A stretch of DNA of 62,155 bases from a virus (taxonomy: Duplodnaviria; Caudoviricetes), in IMG/VR virus record IMGVR_UViG_3300037424_001375, positions 1 through 62,155 of that record; one strand, 5' to 3'. The notes beneath the pieces were generated by a model. It saw only the letters and a program-made list of their open reading frames with translations, searched no databases and was not told the DNA's origin. Both the position numbers and the translations under genes were made by a program. Below, piece after piece: positions 57,346 through 62,155 of this stretch (position 1 is the first letter of the stretch; each line of letters begins with the position of its first letter).

Positions 57346-57826
57346 CGACCTGACGCCCTGTGAGCATGTCCTGAGCTTCGACGGTCCGTGGCAAGTGCGA
57401 TGCTCGGTCTGCGGCCGAGTCTGGGCGCAGGCCCAGCCGGTGAGAGAACATAACGACCTGACGGCGGCGGTGGCGCGGCTGCGAGGGCGCTTTGCTCCTA
57501 ATCCACAAGCCTCCACACGAAGCAGGGATTGTCGTGATGTGGCTCTGGTCCTTGCTGCGCTGGAGCAGGCGAAGCATGACCGCAAAGAACAGCACATCGC
57601 GTGGGACCGCGAGAATGAGCTGCGGCGCGATGCTGAAGAGCGATTGTCCGAGGCGCAGCAGGAGAACGCGCGGCTGCGCGCCGCCCTCTGCCCCGATGGT
57701 AGCGTGGCGGACCTCGCAGCTCTGGAGGCCCTGGCAGCGGCACTGCATCAGGATTCAGCCACCGTGGACGCGAGCGAAGATGTCGCCCTCGGCCCGCACG
57801 CTGGCGCGGGCGCTGGCGGATGCTGA
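57338..57826 (+). CDS. Hypothetical coiled-coil protein
   Basis: AAGGAG RBS. Confidence 0.5.
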   Translation: MANDLTPCEHVLSFDGPWQVRCSVCGRVWAQAQPVREHNDLTAAVARLRGRFAPNPQASTRSRDCRDVALVLAALEQAKHDRKEQHIAWDRENELRRDAEERLSEAQQENARLRAALCPDGSVADLAALEALAAALHQDSATVDASEDVALGPHAGAGAGGC

Positions 57827-57936
57827 TGGTGGCTACGAAGCCGAACTAAGGCGCCAGGCAACACTGGCTCTCGGCGCCGTCCAGGCGCTCCTCGACTCAT
57901 CCGATTCGTCACCCGTCAACGCAGAAGGAGATCCGA

Positions 57937-58104
57937 ATGCCGACCAGAACCCCGAAACCGAAGGACGCTGAAGTCACGGCGATGCAGACCATCGCGCTGG
58001 TCCTCGCCCCGCTCACCCAGGTCGAGAAGGACCGCGTCGTGCGCTGGGCGTACGACCGCTACATCGCACCGGTTGGGCCGACCGCGATGCCGGTGAGCGT
58101 GTAG
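57937..58104 (+). CDS. Small hypothetical protein
   Basis: AAGGAG RBS; 55 aa, below the ORF-track cutoff. Confidence 0.45.
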   Translation: MPTRTPKPKDAEVTAMQTIALVLAPLTQVEKDRVVRWAYDRYIAPVGPTAMPVSV

Positions 58105-58187
58105 TCGGGAGGCTTGGAGCCGCGCCAGCAGAAGAGCGCGGCTCCACTTCGAGACGAGATGGCAAAAAGTCGGAAATAGAGTGTTCC

Positions 58188-58736
58188 ATGTCAGCACCAG
58201 CCCCAACCTTGCCCTGGGATGACGAGCCGCCGCGACCGCTCGTGCGCCGTCTCACTCGTGCAACAGTGGCGGCACGGGTCGGCGCACCCTGGCAGGGCCG
58301 GACGCCCCAAAGCGCGCACGCGAGCCTCGAGGGGGCCCGGGTGGTGATGCGTGACCAGGCGATCGACCAAGCCTCGCGCTATTGGCGGCTCTTGCGCGAT
58401 CGGGGCGCGAACGGCGCGACGGACTGGGAAGCGAGTCAGACGCTCACGATTCAGCGGTCGAGCATCAACGCCCGCCGCGCCGAGCTCACCGCGCACGGGC
58501 TCGCCATTCATCCGGCCGGCTTTCGCCGCGGGCCGACCGGCGTCAAAAACACGGTGTGGGTGCTCGACCGCCCGCACCCCCAGGTTGCGCCGGCCGCGGA
58601 CCCTACGTGTCCGGCGAGCCGGGCGTCGGTGCCGGCCCCGGAAACCCTGACGCGCTCAGGGCCTCCACACGAGCCGACCCGCGCGCCGGCGCAATGCGAG
58701 GACGAACGACATCGGAGCAGGAGCGGGAGCCAGTAG
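58188..58736 (+). CDS. Winged-HTH-like hypothetical protein
   Basis: GATDWEAS..L...SSINARRAEL. Confidence 0.55.
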   Translation: MSAPAPTLPWDDEPPRPLVRRLTRATVAARVGAPWQGRTPQSAHASLEGARVVMRDQAIDQASRYWRLLRDRGANGATDWEASQTLTIQRSSINARRAELTAHGLAIHPAGFRRGPTGVKNTVWVLDRPHPQVAPAADPTCPASRASVPAPETLTRSGPPHEPTRAPAQCEDERHRSRSGSQ

Positions 58737-59468
58737 ATGGCGAGAATTAGAACCATTAAGCCTGAGTTCTTCGACGACCCTGACATCGGCCGGCTGTCTC
58801 CCCTCGCGGCCTTGTTCTTCATCGGGCTCTGGACACAAGCGGATCGGGCGGGCCGACTCATCGAGGAACCCTCCCGGCTCAAGCACCGACTCTGCCCCTA
58901 CTGGCCATCCGACGCCGGGCCGCTCATTGACGAGCTCGTGGAGGGCGGTTTCGTGATTCGTTACCGCGACGGCGATGGTCGCAACCTTTTGCAAATACGG
59001 TGTTTCGAGAAGCATCAGCGGCCGCACCCGAAAGAGGCAAACAGTGAATTTCCAGAACCAGCCGTGAAAAAACACGGCAAGCCGCGGAAAAACATTCTCA
59101 GCAAGGTGGATCTGGGAAGGGAAGGAGATCTTGGATCTGGGAATGGATCACCTACGGTGCCGGCGAAAAATCCGCCGGACCCGAGGGTGAAGGCCTTCCT
59201 GACCTGGTTCCAAGCCGAATACAAGACCCGTCGGAACGGCGCGGAGTACTTCGTCCGATGGCCGAAGGACGCGCCAGTCGTGAAACGGCTGTTGACGACC
59301 TACCCGCCGGAGCGGTTGCAACGGCACGCGAAGATCCTACTGACGACCGACGATGGCTGGATCGATGGCACGGATCGGGGCGTGGGGATTCTGGCAGCGA
59401 AGATCAACTGGCTCGAAGAAAGGCTGGCGACGTGGGAAGCGAAGCAAGCCGCCAAGGCCTCGGCGTAG
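58737..59468 (+). CDS. Phage replication initiator / replisome organiser
   Basis: MARIRTIKPEFF, LFFIGLWTQADRAGR, FEKHQRP. Confidence 0.85.
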   Translation: MARIRTIKPEFFDDPDIGRLSPLAALFFIGLWTQADRAGRLIEEPSRLKHRLCPYWPSDAGPLIDELVEGGFVIRYRDGDGRNLLQIRCFEKHQRPHPKEANSEFPEPAVKKHGKPRKNILSKVDLGREGDLGSGNGSPTVPAKNPPDPRVKAFLTWFQAEYKTRRNGAEYFVRWPKDAPVVKRLLTTYPPERLQRHAKILLTTDDGWIDGTDRGVGILAAKINWLEERLATWEAKQAAKASA

Positions 59469-59670
59469 CGGTCGAGGCGGCGCTCGGCGGGTCGGTCGAG
59501 GCGCAGGGCGATCCGGCGTTCGAGCAGAGCTGCCACGCGTACGGCCATGTGCCGGCGTGCTCGACGTGGATCGCGCATCTGCGGCGGCTGGATCGTGAGC
59601 GCACGGCGGCCGGCGGGGAAGCCGAACTGAAGGCGGCGTGCGGCTACTGGAGCCGGGTGAGCGCGCAGCG

Positions 59671-60069
59671 ATGAGCCCTTGGGAACACGCCAAGCTCGGC
59701 GGGGAAACCTGCGGCCACTGCGGCGCACGCATCCCCGAAGCGTCGCCGCTCCTCGCGCGCTACGTCGCCGACGCGACGATCCGCAAGGTGCGCTGTCCGG
59801 CGTGTGCCAGGGTGCCGGTGAACCAGGCCGAGCTCGACGCCGCGCCCGCGCGTCCACCGGACCCGCCGCCGCAAGACTGGGATCTCACGATGCGGCGCCG
59901 GCGGCCGGTTGAGCGCGTGTCGCCCTTACGCCCACCGGTGCCGCTCGCGGACATCGCGAAGGATCTCCCCTTCGACGGGCGCATGGCGGCGGCGGGGAAA
60001 GACGACGACTGGCTCGGCTCGCGCGCGTGGACGCCGGGCGAGCGGGAGCCTGGATGCGACGATGAGTGA
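59671..60069 (+). CDS. Hypothetical zinc-binding protein
   Basis: CGHCG...CPAC; DGRMAAAG. Confidence 0.55.
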   Translation: MSPWEHAKLGGETCGHCGARIPEASPLLARYVADATIRKVRCPACARVPVNQAELDAAPARPPDPPPQDWDLTMRRRRPVERVSPLRPPVPLADIAKDLPFDGRMAAAGKDDDWLGSRAWTPGEREPGCDDE

Positions 60070-62020
60070 CAGCCTCAGCGGTGGTCGCGTGAAGCGCCCG
60101 GTCGAGCAGTGGGCGGGCTGCTACGACGGCGGCTGGGCCGGGCTGATCACGGCCGAGTCGTTCTCGCATCCGGCCAAAGCGGCGCGCGGGCTGTTGGTGC
60201 GGATCTTCGACGAGCTGTTCGCGATGGGCGCCCTCGAGCGCGGCGACCTCGTGTGCGATCCGTTCGGCGGCATCGGGACGACGGCTGTGATTGGGGCGAG
60301 TCGTGGCGTGAAAGTTATCAGTTGTGAATTAGAGGAGAAGTTCTGTATACTAACTCGCAGGAACCTGTTACTACAGGCGAAGGGTTGGTGTACCTGTGGA
60401 GAAGATGGCGCGGCGTATCTGCGATGGTTGCGGCTCGGTCTACCGGATGAGGCCAGCACACGTTCGAGCGAAGATTCGGGCCGGAATGAAACGCTGGTTT
60501 TGTTCGAGGGCATGTTGGACGAGAAGCTTGAATCAGACCAGGCGCGGAGAGGCCAACCCAAACTGGAAAGGCGGCCGATACATCAGGCAGGACGGGTACG
60601 TCGAGATTCGAGTAGCCGGGAAGAGGAAGATGGAACACATTCATGCGATGGAGGTCCATCTTGGCCGCAGGATGAGAGAGAAGGAGGTTGTTCACCACAA
60701 GAACGGGGATCGTCAGGACAACCGTCTCTGCAATCTCGAAGTGATGCTGCTGTCAGATCACATGAGGCATCACCATCCGAACGGGGTGATTCGACGAGTC
60801 CGATCTGCGCGATGCCGGATCTGTCGGCGGTCCTTTACAACGGCGGCGGTGAATCAGCAGACGTGCGGCCGAGTGTCGTGCCGCCGGGAGAAGATGCGCC
60901 AGTATTGTGCGAAGTACCGAGCGAAAAAGGGGCCGGCGGCGTTGGTGGATGTGACGTGCCGCATCTGCGGCCGAACCTTTCGCGGGAAGAAGCGATCGAG
61001 CGTGAGCGGGCGGACCTGCTCAGCCGAGTGCTACAAGGCGTACCAACGCGAATATCTGCGGGCCTATCGTGCCCATCTTGTTGCCTCCCGGTAGTTCCAT
61101 TTCCGCTTCCATTTCAGGGTGACAGCCGGCGGCTGCGCGCGTGCATCGGGCCGGCGCTGGCGGAAGCTGTCGTGAGCAGCCCGCCATTTCAGGCGTCGTT
61201 GAACAGCGGCGAAACGGCGGCCGACATGAAGGCGCGCTGGCCAAACGCACGACTAGGGGGCTCAGGGGGGCAAGAGTACGGCACCACCCCCGGCCAGCTC
61301 GGCGCGATGAAGGCGGGCGACGTCGCAGCCGTCGTGTCAAGTCCGCCGTACTCCGGCATCGCCTCCGGCGCGGGCGGGTTGAACACGCAGCCGCCGAAGC
61401 ACGCCGGCCAGCAGGGCGGGCGGTCAGCCGAGAGCGCGAGCCAGGCGACCGATCAGCGGTACGGCGAGAGCGCCGGCCAACTGGCGCGGCTGCCGGAGGG
61501 CGCGGTCGCCGATGCCCTCGTGAGTAGCCCACCGTACGAAGGGTGCCCGGTTGTTGACGCGCCTCGTTGCGGGATCGGTCCCGCATTCAAGGCAGGATTA
61601 CGCCCTAAAGGGGCTTCCTTAAACAGCGATGGGACACCACGCGATGGTTACGGCGAGACAAGTGGGCAACTTGGATATACACGCGGCGAGACGTTCTGGT
61701 CGGCCGCTGCCGAGATCGTCCGCGAGTCCCACGCCATCCTCAAGCCCGGCGGCTCCGCCGTCTGGATCGTCAAGTCGTTCGTCCGCAACAAGGCCATCGT
61801 GGACTTCCCCGGCGACTGGCGGCGACTCTGCGAGGCGTGCGGCTTCGAGCTGGTCAAGGAAGTCCACGCCATGCTCGTGGCCGAGGAGCGCGTGTCGCAC
61901 CTGTGGGACGGCGAGCGCGTGACGAAGCGCGAGCGCAAGAGCTTCTTTCGCCGGCTGGCTGAGTCGAAGGGCAGTCCACGGATCGACTTCGAAACCGTGC
62001 TGTTCATGGTGAAACGATGA
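60062..62020 (+). CDS. Amino (N4-C/N6-A) DNA methyltransferase-like protein with a large insertion and three SPP(Y/F) motifs
   Basis: HPAK, DPFGGIGTT, CELE, GDSR, SSPPF/SSPPY/SSPPY, ILKPGG. Confidence 0.85.
   Translation: MSDSLSGGRVKRPVEQWAGCYDGGWAGLITAESFSHPAKAARGLLVRIFDELFAMGALERGDLVCDPFGGIGTTAVIGASRGVKVISCELEEKFCILTRRNLLLQAKGWCTCGEDGAAYLRWLRLGLPDEASTRSSEDSGRNETLVLFEGMLDEKLESDQARRGQPKLERRPIHQAGRVRRDSSSREEEDGTHSCDGGPSWPQDEREGGCSPQERGSSGQPSLQSRSDAAVRSHEASPSERGDSTSPICAMPDLSAVLYNGGGESADVRPSVVPPGEDAPVLCEVPSEKGAGGVGGCDVPHLRPNLSREEAIERERADLLSRVLQGVPTRISAGLSCPSCCLPVVPFPLPFQGDSRRLRACIGPALAEAVVSSPPFQASLNSGETAADMKARWPNARLGGSGGQEYGTTPGQLGAMKAGDVAAVVSSPPYSGIASGAGGLNTQPPKHAGQQGGRSAESASQATDQRYGESAGQLARLPEGAVADALVSSPPYEGCPVVDAPRCGIGPAFKAGLRPKGASLNSDGTPRDGYGETSGQLGYTRGETFWSAAAEIVRESHAILKPGGSAVWIVKSFVRNKAIVDFPGDWRRLCEACGFELVKEVHAMLVAEERVSHLWDGERVTKRERKSFFRRLAESKGSPRIDFETVLFMVKR
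60405..61094 (+). CDS. HNH homing-type endonuclease with Cys motifs, nested in another frame within the MTase
   Basis: NPNWKGG, DGY, EH..ME..LGR..EVVHHKNGDRQDNRLCNL; several CxxC..CS..C motifs; GGAG before ATG 60405. Confidence 0.88.
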   Translation: MARRICDGCGSVYRMRPAHVRAKIRAGMKRWFCSRACWTRSLNQTRRGEANPNWKGGRYIRQDGYVEIRVAGKRKMEHIHAMEVHLGRRMREKEVVHHKNGDRQDNRLCNLEVMLLSDHMRHHHPNGVIRRVRSARCRICRRSFTTAAVNQQTCGRVSCRREKMRQYCAKYRAKKGPAALVDVTCRICGRTFRGKKRSSVSGRTCSAECYKAYQREYLRAYRAHLVASR

Positions 62021-62028
62021 CCCGCCGC

Positions 62029-62155
62029 CGCCCCGCGCTCTGGCTCACGAAGCCCGTGCGCCGTCGTCACCCCGAGCGCACCGAGCAAGCGCACATCGTC
62101 CGGCTGCTGCGCACGGTCGGCGCCGAGGTGTGGACGCTCGGCACGACGCGCCGCC
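62029..62155. repeat. Terminal direct repeat, copy 2 (circular assembly overlap)
   Basis: Matches 1-127. Confidence 0.95.

Noticed and set aside
60389-61084. Intein or group I/II intron in the MTase
   Set aside because: No intein terminal motifs and no recognisable intron core by eye; splicing is not formally excluded

Overview
Apparently complete, circular ~62.0 kb high-GC temperate siphophage genome. Bases 1-127 recur at 62029-62155, which looks like an assembly overlap, giving 62,028 bp of unique sequence. It has an HK97-like late region (HNH, terS, terL, portal, S49 protease, MCP, connectors, tail tube, chaperone with a -1 slippery site, tape measure, tail tip, putative lysis genes). It also has a tyrosine integrase with an attP matching a tRNA-Sec 3' end, a cI/cro switch, excisionase, SbcCD, an SSAP-like protein, a replication initiator and DNA-modification genes. 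Unusual cargo: (1) a nuclease-less Nop/IS110-related protein followed directly by a 10-unit, 36-nt dual-repeat/dual-spacer array (TIGR-TasA-like RNA-guided module); (2) a Ro60/TROVE gene with two tandem Y RNAs under a near-consensus promoter; (3) a ~10 kb glycosylation cluster inside the head module, together with long alternating-Ser (SPSAS) tracts in three late-region proteins; (4) a DNA methyltransferase with three SPPY/F motifs and an HNH endonuclease overprinted in another frame inside an open, Cys-flanked insertion; (5) an atypical tRNA nested inside a second tRNA-like fold; (6) accessory genes bracketed by short direct repeats. All calls come from reading motifs by eye; no database searches or folding programs were run.
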